A DNA stretch of 64,000 nucleotides from an uncultured Gammaproteobacteria bacterium. GTDB lineage: Bacteria; Patescibacteriota; Microgenomatia; UBA8517. The stretch covers positions 135,883 to 199,882 of the forward strand of contig CAZRGC010000002.1 of NCBI GenBank assembly GCA_964599625.1, given 5' to 3'. Positions 49,716 through 59,163 of the stretch are shown piece after piece (the first letter of the stretch is position 1; each line of letters begins with the position of its first letter). The position numbers and the translations under genes are program-made. Below the pieces are notes generated by a model, which was not told where the DNA came from, did not search any database, and saw only the letters and a list, made by a program, of their open reading frames with translations.

Positions 49716-50720
49716 ATGGCCAAAAAAGCTTTGATTACAGGTATCACAGGGCAGGATGGAAGCTATCTTGCAGAACTTCTTTTGGAAAAGGGCTACGAAG
49801 TTTCCGGGATTGTCCGCAAAACATCACATGAGGAATATGCCAACATTGGCCACATACAGGATGAGCTTAAGCTTTTTCAGGGAGATCTTTTGGACCCCGT
49901 TTCCCTGAGGGAAATTATTCAAAGAGTCGAACCTGATGAGGTATACAACCTTGCATCCCAGTCCCATCCTTCTGAAAGTTTCAAACAACCCATTCATACA
50001 GCCGAGATCACGGGGATTGGGGCACATAGAGTTTTGGATGCAACACTTGATGTTAATCCAAGAACAAAGTTTTATCAGGCCAGCAGTAGTGAAATGTTTG
50101 GGTGGGTTAGGGAGATTCCACAAACAGAAGACACCCCGTTTAATCCTGCAAACCCTTATGCGGCAGCCAAACTGTATGCATATGCAATAACTCGTATCTA
50201 CAGAGAAAGTTACAATATGTTTGCTGCCAACGGAATACTTTTTAACCACGAATCACCCCGCAGGCATCTTGGTTTTGTAACACAAAAAGTAGCCTACGCC
50301 GCTGCGTGTGCCAAGCTCGATGTCAGAAATTCCGTACACCTTAACGAAGAAGGAGAACCAATTGTAAAAGATAGAAAAGTTTCTCTTGGTAACCTGGAAG
50401 CCAAAAGAGATTGGGGATATGCCAAAGATTATGTGGAAGCAATGTATTTGATGATGCAGGTAGATAAACCGGACGATTTTGTAGTGGCAACAGGCGAGAC
50501 TCATACAATCAAGGAACTTTGCGAAGAGGCGTTTAGCTATGTTGGTTTGGACTGGAACGACTACGTGATTGTCGATAAACGGTTTGTAAGACCAACAGAA
50601 ACTGGTCCGTTGGTGGGTAGTCCCAAAAAAGCAAAAGATATTTTGGGTTGGGAACCAAAAACAAGCTTCAAAGATTTGGTTCACCTAATGGTTGACTCGC
50701 ATGTTGCGAGATTGAAGTAA
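49716..50720 (+). CDS. gmd: GDP-mannose 4,6-dehydratase
   Basis: ITGITGQDGSYLAE, YQASSSE, YAAAK, FNHESPRR, RDWG. Confidence 0.96.
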   Translation: MAKKALITGITGQDGSYLAELLLEKGYEVSGIVRKTSHEEYANIGHIQDELKLFQGDLLDPVSLREIIQRVEPDEVYNLASQSHPSESFKQPIHTAEITGIGAHRVLDATLDVNPRTKFYQASSSEMFGWVREIPQTEDTPFNPANPYAAAKLYAYAITRIYRESYNMFAANGILFNHESPRRHLGFVTQKVAYAAACAKLDVRNSVHLNEEGEPIVKDRKVSLGNLEAKRDWGYAKDYVEAMYLMMQVDKPDDFVVATGETHTIKELCEEAFSYVGLDWNDYVIVDKRFVRPTETGPLVGSPKKAKDILGWEPKTSFKDLVHLMVDSHVARLK

Positions 50721-50848
50721 TCTCTCTTTTTAATTTTTCAAAAACGTTCGGAAGGCGGTTTTGTGATTGTTAAAAAAACCGCCTTCCGGGTATTTCAAAT
50801 TACTATTTCTTGCCTGTTTTGGGATTGGTCTTCTGACCGGCTTTGATC

Positions 50849-51154
50849 TTACGCTTCTTGGACATCTTCAGTCTCCACGTCGAAGATGGCGTAAGGATCA
50901 TCTGCTTCAGATTCAACAGGCACCTGTAACCAGGGGAGGCGGCCAGTCGGGAGTGCGTTGTGTTGCTTGTTCTCGGCCGGGTTTTTCCGATCATGCAGGT
51001 TTGCGTGCTTCATCCAGGTGTGCGGGTGACATTTGCGGCAGGTGGGATCATCGCCTGAGTCCTTGGGGTCGCAGATGCATCTGGGATGACACTTCGGGCA
51101 TTTCTTCTTTTTGCCTGAGTTGACCGGGTCACAAATACACTTAATCGAATCCAT
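50849..51154 (-). CDS. small Cys-rich protein with duplicated CxC..CxxCH module
   Basis: AGGAG SD; CICDPxxSGxxxxCxKCHP twice; acidic tail. Confidence 0.7.
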   Translation of the reverse strand: MDSIKCICDPVNSGKKKKCPKCHPRCICDPKDSGDDPTCRKCHPHTWMKHANLHDRKNPAENKQHNALPTGRLPWLQVPVESEADDPYAIFDVETEDVQEA

Positions 51155-51285
51155 AAATCTCTCCTGATAGTAGTGAAATCATCTCTAGTAACGTGCAAGA
51201 GAAAACAGCCTATTATACCCATAATTTGAGCAAGGTCAAACAATTAAGCCGTTGACCTTTCTAACCGGCGGGGGCATCATGAACT

Positions 51286-52530
51286 ATGGTTGGTAAACGT
51301 TTTATTGATGTTGTCAAAGACCCTTTGTGGTTAAAAGTTCTTTCGTTCTCCTTAATACTGTTTTTTCTGTTTTTGGGGGACGCCATCCTTTCGTTTTGGG
51401 TCCCAAACCTATTGGAAGATGTTATGGGGGATTCGCTTTTGATGGGGGTTGTAATGAGTTTTTCTTCCATGGTTGGGTTTGTAATGGACCTTGTTTTTCC
51501 TCAGCTTATTCAGGGTGTTACCGTTAAAAGGCTTGTGGCTTTTTCTGCAGGGACAAGCATCCTTTTTTCTATAACTTTGCTTGCCGCCCTAAAGCTTCCC
51601 GTAATTTGGATTCTTTTGTTGGCAATGGCGATTTGGGGGGTTTACTATGAATTTTTTGGCTTTGCAGAACAGCAGTTCATTGCCGACACTCTGCCGATAA
51701 AACTCCGATCAAGCGGATGGGCATTTTATGGTGTTTTTAAAAACTTAGCATATTTTTTGGGTCCTTTGATTGCTGCTTGGCTTGTTATAAAGGGTGAGTG
51801 GGCGCCGGCAGGTAGCGCAATATTCTTTGTAACTTTGGGGGCAATATTTTTGTTTTTGTTCAAAAGAACCCACGACCGAAAATTCGAAATCGAATTCAAA
51901 AAAGTGAATGTTGTTGCCGAAATCGGACATTGGAAAGTTTTGTTTGTACACGTTTGGCCAATGGTTCTTATGAGCCTGGTTTTAGGCCTTATTGATTCCA
52001 CTTTTTGGACTACAGGTACAGTGTTTACAGAAAAGCTGGCCAGAGAAAACTTTGCGGGAAGCTTTTTCCTTTCAATTTATCAGCTTCCGTCGATGTTTAT
52101 GGGATTGGTTATGAGTAAACTGGCAATATCCCAGGGAAAGAAAAAACTTTCCATGAAGTTTTTGTTTTTGGCGGGCCTCATGCTTATGACAATCGGGTTT
52201 GTTGGCAATGTCTATTTGGTTTTGGCCTTTGTTTTGCTTTCTAGCATTGCATTGGCAGTTTGTTATCCGCTCGTGAATGCTGTTTATTCAGACATTGTTG
52301 CCAGGATGGGTAGAGAAAGGAGGCATCTGATTGGGCTTACAAATTCTGCAATAAGTGTTGCTTATATCATTGGGCCTATTCTTGCAGGGTTTATAACTAA
52401 ATATGTGGGGGATGAAAAGACGTTTTCTGTAATGGGTGGGGTGAGTGTTGTAACGGCAGTTATTCTTCTTGTGGTTACTCCAAAAAAATTAAAACTTCCG
52501 GAGAGTGAAATAAAGGGCTGGGACAGGTAA
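51286..52530 (+). CDS. MFS transporter
   Basis: about 12 TM, AYFLGPLIA / AYIIGPILAG. Confidence 0.9.
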   Translation: MVGKRFIDVVKDPLWLKVLSFSLILFFLFLGDAILSFWVPNLLEDVMGDSLLMGVVMSFSSMVGFVMDLVFPQLIQGVTVKRLVAFSAGTSILFSITLLAALKLPVIWILLLAMAIWGVYYEFFGFAEQQFIADTLPIKLRSSGWAFYGVFKNLAYFLGPLIAAWLVIKGEWAPAGSAIFFVTLGAIFLFLFKRTHDRKFEIEFKKVNVVAEIGHWKVLFVHVWPMVLMSLVLGLIDSTFWTTGTVFTEKLARENFAGSFFLSIYQLPSMFMGLVMSKLAISQGKKKLSMKFLFLAGLMLMTIGFVGNVYLVLAFVLLSSIALAVCYPLVNAVYSDIVARMGRERRHLIGLTNSAISVAYIIGPILAGFITKYVGDEKTFSVMGGVSVVTAVILLVVTPKKLKLPESEIKGWDR

Positions 52531-52603
52531 ATCTTTGGTGCACACCTCTAAATTTCAAAAAGAGGTGTACACCAGGTATTAATAAAGATTTCTTGCGAGC
52601 AGG

Positions 52604-53005
52604 TTAGATCAGTCCAACTGCGGACAGGATGGTCATCTCATCAATGCCATGATCGGCAAAGAACTTGTCGATGTCATCAACGCTGTTCGCCTGACTGTCG
52701 ACCTCGTGGATCAACTCCGCAAAAAGCATCGCAACAGGCTTGCCGGCTTGGACTTCGTCTGCCAGTTGGGTGTGAGTCCAGCCGCGGCCCTTCATAACGA
52801 CTTCGTTGCGGGCTTTGCCTTGGTTCTCACCACGGATGCGTATGGTCATGTGCTCGACGGGTTCGTCTTTCTCGTTGTACGCCAGCGGGCGGTCGCAGAA
52901 AGGATTTCCGCAATCGCAGGGCGCCCAGTAAAAGACTTCGCCGTTGTAAAGGAACTTCTCACCTTCTTCGGGGAGAGCGTTCGGGTTACCATTCCATTCG
53001 TTCAT
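52604..53005 (-). CDS. CxCG-x3-C-x-RP family paralog 4
   Basis: GGAGG SD; WAPCDCGNPFCDRP..TIRIRG. Confidence 0.88.
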   Translation of the reverse strand: MNEWNGNPNALPEEGEKFLYNGEVFYWAPCDCGNPFCDRPLAYNEKDEPVEHMTIRIRGENQGKARNEVVMKGRGWTHTQLADEVQAGKPVAMLFAELIHEVDSQANSVDDIDKFFADHGIDEMTILSAVGLI

Positions 53006-53172
53006 TTCTGCCTCCAGATTTAAAGAATGACGGAAAATTTTGAATACTTACACTGGGGAGATGGTAGCACAAAAAATTGAGGAAGTCAACATTATGGGGT
53101 GTTTTTGGTTAAAGCTGTGCAGTTCTTCAAGTCTTTCAAATAAATGAAGAACTGCACTTTTTTTGAGCAGAG

Positions 53173-53676
53173 TCAGTTATTGCCGAAGCTCCACGGACCG
53201 TTGGAAGACGGGCGAAGGCCGCCAAAACTGTTTTGAATCAGGTTTGCGCGCCTAAGCATGTCACCAAGGCCGAAAGCTTCCATGATCAGTGCTTGGATGT
53301 AGGTGTTGAATTCTTCGCGAGTGATCAAGCCTTTGCCGAACGGGTCCTGTTCAAGGTAATATTTGAATAATTCCAGGAGGGCCTCGTCGCCGCCGTTTTC
53401 AATCGCTTCAACAACTTCATCGGTGTTTGCGCCGATCTTGTATAACAGGTCGATTTCCGGCTTGCCCGTGTCGGTGCCGCGGACTCGGATTGTCATACCT
53501 CTTGCGGTCTTGCCATCTTCATGGAAGGCCAGGGGGCGTGTGCAATACGGGTTGCCGCAGTCGCAGGGGTGCCAGTAATAGACTGTCTGCTTGTACATGT
53601 ACAACTCGTCTGCCGGTGGCAGTTGAGTGGAATCCCCGTTCCATTCGTGGATTCCGAGAGGATTAGTCTTAGGCAT
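53173..53676 (-). CDS. CxCG-x3-C-x-RP family paralog 3
   Basis: GGAGG SD; WHPCDCGNPYCTRP..TIRVRG. Confidence 0.88.
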   Translation of the reverse strand: MPKTNPLGIHEWNGDSTQLPPADELYMYKQTVYYWHPCDCGNPYCTRPLAFHEDGKTARGMTIRVRGTDTGKPEIDLLYKIGANTDEVVEAIENGGDEALLELFKYYLEQDPFGKGLITREEFNTYIQALIMEAFGLGDMLRRANLIQNSFGGLRPSSNGPWSFGNN

Positions 53677-53867
53677 GTGAGCCTCCTTTGATAAAGAAAA
53701 ACCCTATGGAGGGGATTATAGCACTTTTGATTTCAAAGTCAACATTATAGGTTGTATCTCATCTTTGAAACCGGGTACAATACCTACTTTTAGCCACAAA
53801 AAAGAGACACGCCCCAAGTTTCAAAATGAGCGTGTCTCAAGTCCTAAAAAACAATTTTATGAACTTT

Positions 53868-54380
53868 TCAGTTCAAATGGCTATTTCGGCCCGGATCGTT
53901 GCCAAAATCTTCCCCGAGAATGTTTCTCAGAGCCGCCAGTGCATCGTCGCCGGTGAGAATCTGGAACGGGGATTCGTTGCCAATTTCGTCGAATTCTTCC
54001 TTGGCTTCCAGGTAATCTTCTTCGGTGATGTCATGGTCAGACAAAGCCGCCAGGTTGATGGTTCCGGTTGCTTCGATTTCTTCGACAAAGCCCAGCCAGA
54101 TCTCAACAATGTTCTCGCCACTTGCGCCGTGAGCCAGTGCAATGCGCTCAATGCCGTAGTACTTAACGAGAAGGTTCTCAAGATCCATGCCTTGATTTGT
54201 ACCGCGCAGGCGGACAGTCATGGGGAAGTCGGGAACTCCAAGTTCTCTGAATGCTTCGGGTCGGCCGCAGAAAGGATTTCCGCAGTTGCATCTTTCCCAA
54301 AAATAAGTTTGCCCTTCGTATTCAAAAGGCTCGCGTTCGGGTGGAAGAGGTGCGCCAACCGTCCATTTATTTAAATTCAT
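53868..54380 (-). CDS. CxCG-x3-C-x-RP family paralog 2
   Basis: GGAGG SD; WERCNCGNPFCGRP..TVRLRG. Confidence 0.88.
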   Translation of the reverse strand: MNLNKWTVGAPLPPEREPFEYEGQTYFWERCNCGNPFCGRPEAFRELGVPDFPMTVRLRGTNQGMDLENLLVKYYGIERIALAHGASGENIVEIWLGFVEEIEATGTINLAALSDHDITEEDYLEAKEEFDEIGNESPFQILTGDDALAALRNILGEDFGNDPGRNSHLN

Positions 54381-54504
54381 TTCAGCCTCCGTAAAGGATG
54401 GAAATATGTGCGAAGTCAGAAGGATATCACAAATTAAAGATAAAATTAAATTTCAAGCACACCGCCTCAGTCTTCAAAAATGAAGCGGCGTGCTTTGGGT
54501 TTGC

Positions 54505-54921
54505 CTACATCAAGGCCATCATGAAGCTGATGAATTCCATATTGTCAACGTTATTGTCCACCAAAAGTTTGGGACCAACTTCGCGGAATTCGGTGTCGAA
54601 TTTCTTGACGGCTTCGAGTATGGCTTCGGCATAGCCGCGATGGTCTTCGGCGGCCATCATCAGATTGATCTCAACCAGGCGTTCCATGTCGATGATTCCC
54701 GTCTTGAGAAGGACGTTTTCAACAGGGTTGCCCTGATCGGTGCCGCGCGCGCGGGTGGTGAGTGCATCGTCACGAGCTTCGGTGTCAACGCTGTAGACCA
54801 CCGGCCGTTTGCAGTACTCACTGCCACAATCGCAGGGATGCCAGACGTAGCGCTTGTCTTCGTAAAGGAACTGAACTCCCTCTGCGGGAAGTTCTTCTGC
54901 TTTACCATTCCATTGGATCAT
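54505..54921 (-). CDS. CxCG-x3-C-x-RP family paralog 1
   Basis: GGAGG SD; WHPCDCGSEYCKRP..TTRARG. Confidence 0.88.
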   Translation of the reverse strand: MIQWNGKAEELPAEGVQFLYEDKRYVWHPCDCGSEYCKRPVVYSVDTEARDDALTTRARGTDQGNPVENVLLKTGIIDMERLVEINLMMAAEDHRGYAEAILEAVKKFDTEFREVGPKLLVDNNVDNMEFISFMMALM

Positions 54922-55049
54922 TTCTGCCTCCGGTTATTTAAGGATAATGGTAGATTGAAAACACTAACAGGAAAATATTATAAGATAAACACAAAAAAGT
55001 CAAATTATGGGGTAATAGTGGAATGTTTGAGTAAAAAAATTGGGGAACT

Positions 55050-55139
55050 GAAGTAATTTGAAAAAATTACTTACGACGAAGGCGAAGTAATTAGAAAAAT
55101 TATTTACGTTGAAAACGAAGTAATTAGAAAAATTACTTA
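55050..55139. repeat. three tandem palindromic units GAAGTAATTWGAAAAATTAYTTA, period 33-34 bp
   Basis: copies start at 55050, 55084, 55117. Confidence 0.88.
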
Positions 55140-55202
55140 ACAGGCAACCAAACTTAAAAAAGTGGCTGCCTGTTAAGGCGCGATCATTGTCGGATGTTCC
55201 GA

Positions 55203-55595
55203 CTATGAAGGCTGTTCGTCGCTGGTGACGGGCTTCTTGGTGCGGGGCTTGCGAATGATGGTGGGCTTGCGAGCGGGTACGTCGCGAATGCCAGCCTTCT
55301 TGGCAGAGTCCTTGACCAAATTCAGAGCCGTTCCGGTTTCGACCTTGTTTTCCATCGCTTCGTAGAGCGCGCCGAGGTCGGCGACCAGTTTGCGATATTG
55401 AGCGGCGCGGGCATCGGAAGCCTCTTTGTCAGCCTTGGTGGCGTTGTACAAAGCGAGTTCGTTGATGCGGGCGGCATTGGGCAAACCGGCTTGGCGTAAC
55501 ACTTCGTCGAATGCGACTGCGTTGAACTTCTTGGCACCAGTCTTGGCGCGCAAGGTGGTCCACCACGTGCGGATAGCAATCCAAAGTCCGATCAT
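55203..55595 (-). CDS. basic hypothetical protein
   Basis: GGAGG SD; TTGACA-17-TAGTAT promoter at about 55672-55700. Confidence 0.75.
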   Translation of the reverse strand: MIGLWIAIRTWWTTLRAKTGAKKFNAVAFDEVLRQAGLPNAARINELALYNATKADKEASDARAAQYRKLVADLGALYEAMENKVETGTALNLVKDSAKKAGIRDVPARKPTIIRKPRTKKPVTSDEQPS

Positions 55596-55854
55596 TTCAT
55601 CCTCCGTAAAAAGGTTGATTTGAATATAATTGAGTGCAAACTAACTGCATTGCTTCTTCAGCAATGGGAACATACTAACATATCCTGTAGTATTTGTCAA
55701 GTACGACAACAACTTTTTTGCACAGAATGCCGAAAATATAAAGCAAAAACTCAGGGATGTCAAAATTTAGCCTTGTTATTGATACTTTTTGTCTGTGTTA
55801 CAATCTTTTGGGTTGCACTTTGTACAAGGAAATATATATCTAAGGAGACAGGAA

Positions 55855-56235
55855 ATGCCGAAGAAAAAGAAAAAGGACCCAGGTCTTCCCAAAGGTCCAA
55901 AAGTAACAATTTTCTTTCGTGGGGATTTGATCCAAGGGGTCAGGGCCAAAGACGGCTCGGTTTACGGCGAAAACGGTCACCGCTACCTTGCGGATGAAAC
56001 CGGTCGCTATCACTATGCCGACGGCACCCTGGAGGTAACTAGGCCCAAGTACACGATTGCCGATCTCGGGCGGTTCATATCAAGGGCCGATGGAATGTAC
56101 CAGGTTCAGGAATCAGACGGAGAGTTCAAGGCTGTAAAAGTCTTGGGTACGCCCGTACCAATTGTTTCTCTGAGTTTGGACAACATCCACCGTTACGGCC
56201 GTTATCCCGCAAGCAGAACAAAGGTGACTGGCTGA
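55855..56235 (+). CDS. hypothetical protein
   Basis: AAGGAG SD; downstream hairpin. Confidence 0.7.
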   Translation: MPKKKKKDPGLPKGPKVTIFFRGDLIQGVRAKDGSVYGENGHRYLADETGRYHYADGTLEVTRPKYTIADLGRFISRADGMYQVQESDGEFKAVKVLGTPVPIVSLSLDNIHRYGRYPASRTKVTG

Positions 56236-56286
56236 TTTGCATACGGAAGGGGATCTTCACAAGAGTGGACATTCCCTTCCGAATTT

Positions 56287-56718
56287 TTAAACTTCAAGTT
56301 CTAGTATCTTGGCAATTTCTGAGGTTGAGGAAACACTTACCTTTGGAATTTCTACAACTTTTGCATTTACCTTTGTTGCATGATTCTTCTTTTTTTCAAG
56401 AATAGGGTCGCCCTGAGTTACTGCTACTACGTGTGGATAAACAGACAATACCAGTTCTTCATAATCTGAATCGGACATTTTATCTTTAAGAATAATTACT
56501 TCATTAACAAAACTTAAAGATTCAAGAATTTCCTTTCTTTGGTTTTGGTTGTGGAAAGGCCTTTTTTCTCCTTTCAACTTTTTTATGTTTGCATCCGATT
56601 CTATTGCCACAACCAAGTGGTCACCCAGTGCCTTGGCATTTTTAAGATAGTGAATGTGGCCAAAATGCAGAATATCAAAACATCCACCCGCCAAAACTAT
56701 TTTCTTTTTCATTTTCAA
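56287..56718 (-). CDS. cytidylyltransferase family (TagD/RibL-like)
   Basis: GGCFDILHFGH (HxGH), KGEKRP, SSTSEI. Confidence 0.9.
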   Translation of the reverse strand: MKMKKKIVLAGGCFDILHFGHIHYLKNAKALGDHLVVAIESDANIKKLKGEKRPFHNQNQRKEILESLSFVNEVIILKDKMSDSDYEELVLSVYPHVVAVTQGDPILEKKKNHATKVNAKVVEIPKVSVSSTSEIAKILELEV

Positions 56719-56794
56719 TTAGTATAACTCCTTTTGCCTTTTTGCCCATTTGTGTATTACAATCCCAAGTCTTGCCATTTGTGGGCAGCATTTT

Positions 56795-57898
56795 ATGTTA
56801 CCTGAAAGACTAAATACAAAGGAAAAACTTCATCCCAACCAAGTCTTGAACCGTGCCATGAATTATTTCCTTTTGGAATCTATCGAAAAAGGAATCTTGC
56901 GTGGCAAAGGTGGCCCAAAAATAGTAACCGGAATTATCGAGCATTTTGCCAGAACAACGGATTTTGATTCGGGAACTTCAGACCTACCTTCAAAAGAAAT
57001 ATTTGAGGAGGATAAAAATACAATTTTGGCATTGGGAGAAGCAGCTTTCGAGGCATACTCAACCGGGAAAAGCATAAGGGAAGTTGCAAGAGGAAAGTTT
57101 GACCCAAGGCTTTTGGCGTATGCACCGCAAGCACTTTTGTTTTATTCATACCTTCCACTTTTGAGCAATCTTAAAGAAATATCTCTTGGGGAGGCGCAAT
57201 ACGGTTTGGGAAAAAAGTTCAATAGACTTCAACCCCACAACGCCTTGGCTGCCGGCGAAATGATGAAAGCGGCTTCACTCAGAGTTGCAGAATCGCTTGT
57301 GGAAGAATATAAGGACAAAGACACATCCAACTTGGCAATATTGGAATTTGGTTGCGGCAATGCTAGTTTTTCTGCGGCGGTAATCGAAGCGTTTACCAAT
57401 GCAGGACTTACTCCACCTGTGATTCTTGCAACAGATATTGATCCTGCCACTCAGATTGCGGCCCAAAAACTATTTAAGGAAAAGGGAATTTTGGACAAAC
57501 TTAAAGTGATGAAAGTTGATATGGGGGACTATGTAGATGTGGCCAAAGCCGCAAACACGCTTGAGGGCAAAGATGTCTTGGTTCATATCGGCTATATTCT
57601 TCATGAGAATAGGGAGTTGGCGGTAAATACTCTGAAAGCGCTTTCGGGAGTGTTCAAAGACAAAAAGGCTACTTTTGCATTCTCTGAATATTTTTTGCAG
57701 GACGAAGTATCAACGGAAGTACCCACTTGGTTCCAGACACTTCACCATATGACCCAAGAACTTTTCCAAAGGGAAGAGTTTATGTTGTTCAATAAACAAG
57801 AATTCCGGTTGAATCTGGTTAAAGAAGTTGCCCACAACATAAGGAGAGATAACGGTGAAGTTATAAACTCCACAACTTTTTGGTCTGTTGCTAGTTGA
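56795..57898 (+). CDS. class I SAM-dependent methyltransferase
   Basis: ILEFGCGNA, ATDID, VDM, YILHE. Confidence 0.8.
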   Translation: MLPERLNTKEKLHPNQVLNRAMNYFLLESIEKGILRGKGGPKIVTGIIEHFARTTDFDSGTSDLPSKEIFEEDKNTILALGEAAFEAYSTGKSIREVARGKFDPRLLAYAPQALLFYSYLPLLSNLKEISLGEAQYGLGKKFNRLQPHNALAAGEMMKAASLRVAESLVEEYKDKDTSNLAILEFGCGNASFSAAVIEAFTNAGLTPPVILATDIDPATQIAAQKLFKEKGILDKLKVMKVDMGDYVDVAKAANTLEGKDVLVHIGYILHENRELAVNTLKALSGVFKDKKATFAFSEYFLQDEVSTEVPTWFQTLHHMTQELFQREEFMLFNKQEFRLNLVKEVAHNIRRDNGEVINSTTFWSVAS

Positions 57899-57930
57899 TT
57901 TTCACAAGCTTTGGCGGCTAATATGGATAT

Positions 57931-59082
57931 ATGCTGCCCGCAAAAGAAAAACCAGAAGAAGTAAAGACTGATTCGGAGGTAAAAAAAACTTCAACCGAAT
58001 CAAAAAGTGAAACCAAAACGGTTTCAGAACCCAAAAAAGAAGTCAAAAAATCAGAGCCAAAAAATAAAGTTAAGCTTGCAATCGATTACTCCGCACTCAA
58101 GAAGTTCCGGTTGGTTGTGGTTGCTTACTCAAGTATTCAGCGCGAACACTTTGCAACAAAAGATGCCTATGAGGCAGAGATAGAAGTTGAACAAAGAGCG
58201 ATCGAGGTGTCGGAAGAAATCAGAAAATTGGGAGTTCCTGTGCGTACGCTTCCGGGGGACCAATATTTTTATACTAATTTATTAGTGGACAAACCCGACT
58301 TAGTTGTAAATTTGGTTGACACAATCAAGGGTCGCGATGTTTTGCAGACTTCAGTTCCTGCGGCACTCGAGCTTGCCAATATTCCCTATACAGGTGCAGG
58401 GATGGAAGGACTCGTAGTGGGGAACAATAGAAATCTTACCAAAAGACTTCTTATGGCTTACGATGTTCCAACGCCACCATTTCAGTTTATAAGGCGCGGT
58501 GGCACCAATATAGACGAGGACTTGGGTGTGCCCTTGATCGTTAAACTCAACGAAGGCGGGGGAAGTGTGGGAATAAATAATAATGCAGTCAAAGAATCTT
58601 CGCGCGCTGCAAAACTTAGAGCCAATAGTTTAATCTCCACCTATAAAGTTCCGATAATTGTAGAAAAATTTGTTGACGGACCCGAAGTTACAGCAGTTGT
58701 TTTTGATGACGGAATAAAAAGACATGTGTTTATGGCACAAAAGAAGTTTGGTATCAAACCCGATGGCAAACATGAATTTACAAGCATTGAATCATACAGA
58801 AACTGGAGGTCTTATAAATATGTTCCGGTTGATGAAAACAGTAAATATGAAATTACAAAACTTGCAGTAAGGGCTTTTGGAGGATTGCAACATAAAGATT
58901 ATGCAAAGTTTGATATAAGAATAGATGGAGACACTGGAATTCCATATTTTACAGACAGCAATCCCAACACAGCATTTGGTCCGGACAAAGGTTTGCCTAT
59001 GACAGAGGTGTTGGGAATGAATGGAGTTGATTTTTCCGATGTTTTGGCAAGTCTGCTTTCAAAATACGCCAAAGATCTCTAA
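57931..59082 (+). CDS. D-Ala-D-Ala ligase-like ATP-grasp protein
   Basis: LELANIPYTG, PLIVK..GGSVGI, VEKFVDG.E, KFDIR, DSNPN. Confidence 0.85.
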   Translation: MLPAKEKPEEVKTDSEVKKTSTESKSETKTVSEPKKEVKKSEPKNKVKLAIDYSALKKFRLVVVAYSSIQREHFATKDAYEAEIEVEQRAIEVSEEIRKLGVPVRTLPGDQYFYTNLLVDKPDLVVNLVDTIKGRDVLQTSVPAALELANIPYTGAGMEGLVVGNNRNLTKRLLMAYDVPTPPFQFIRRGGTNIDEDLGVPLIVKLNEGGGSVGINNNAVKESSRAAKLRANSLISTYKVPIIVEKFVDGPEVTAVVFDDGIKRHVFMAQKKFGIKPDGKHEFTSIESYRNWRSYKYVPVDENSKYEITKLAVRAFGGLQHKDYAKFDIRIDGDTGIPYFTDSNPNTAFGPDKGLPMTEVLGMNGVDFSDVLASLLSKYAKDL

Positions 59083-59163
59083 AATCCCCAAACCTCGGTC
59101 AATTGGACAAAGACAGCCTCTATTCGTATAATTGCCTTGCCCGCTGTCAGGCAGGGCCCCAAT

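Noticed and set aside
50849-51154. c-type cytochrome
   Set aside because: No export signal and no maturation genes seen
53826-55056. Long plus-strand ORFs opposite the Cys paralogs
   Set aside because: Antisense shadows of biased codon usage; the same applies to most short overlapping ORFs in the track
55050-55139. CRISPR array
   Set aside because: Linkers are only about 10 bp and similar to each other; no cas genes in the window
52537-55200. Integron cassette array
   Set aside because: Hairpins lack RYYYAAC/GTTRRRY boxes, genes carry their own promoters, and no IntI is present
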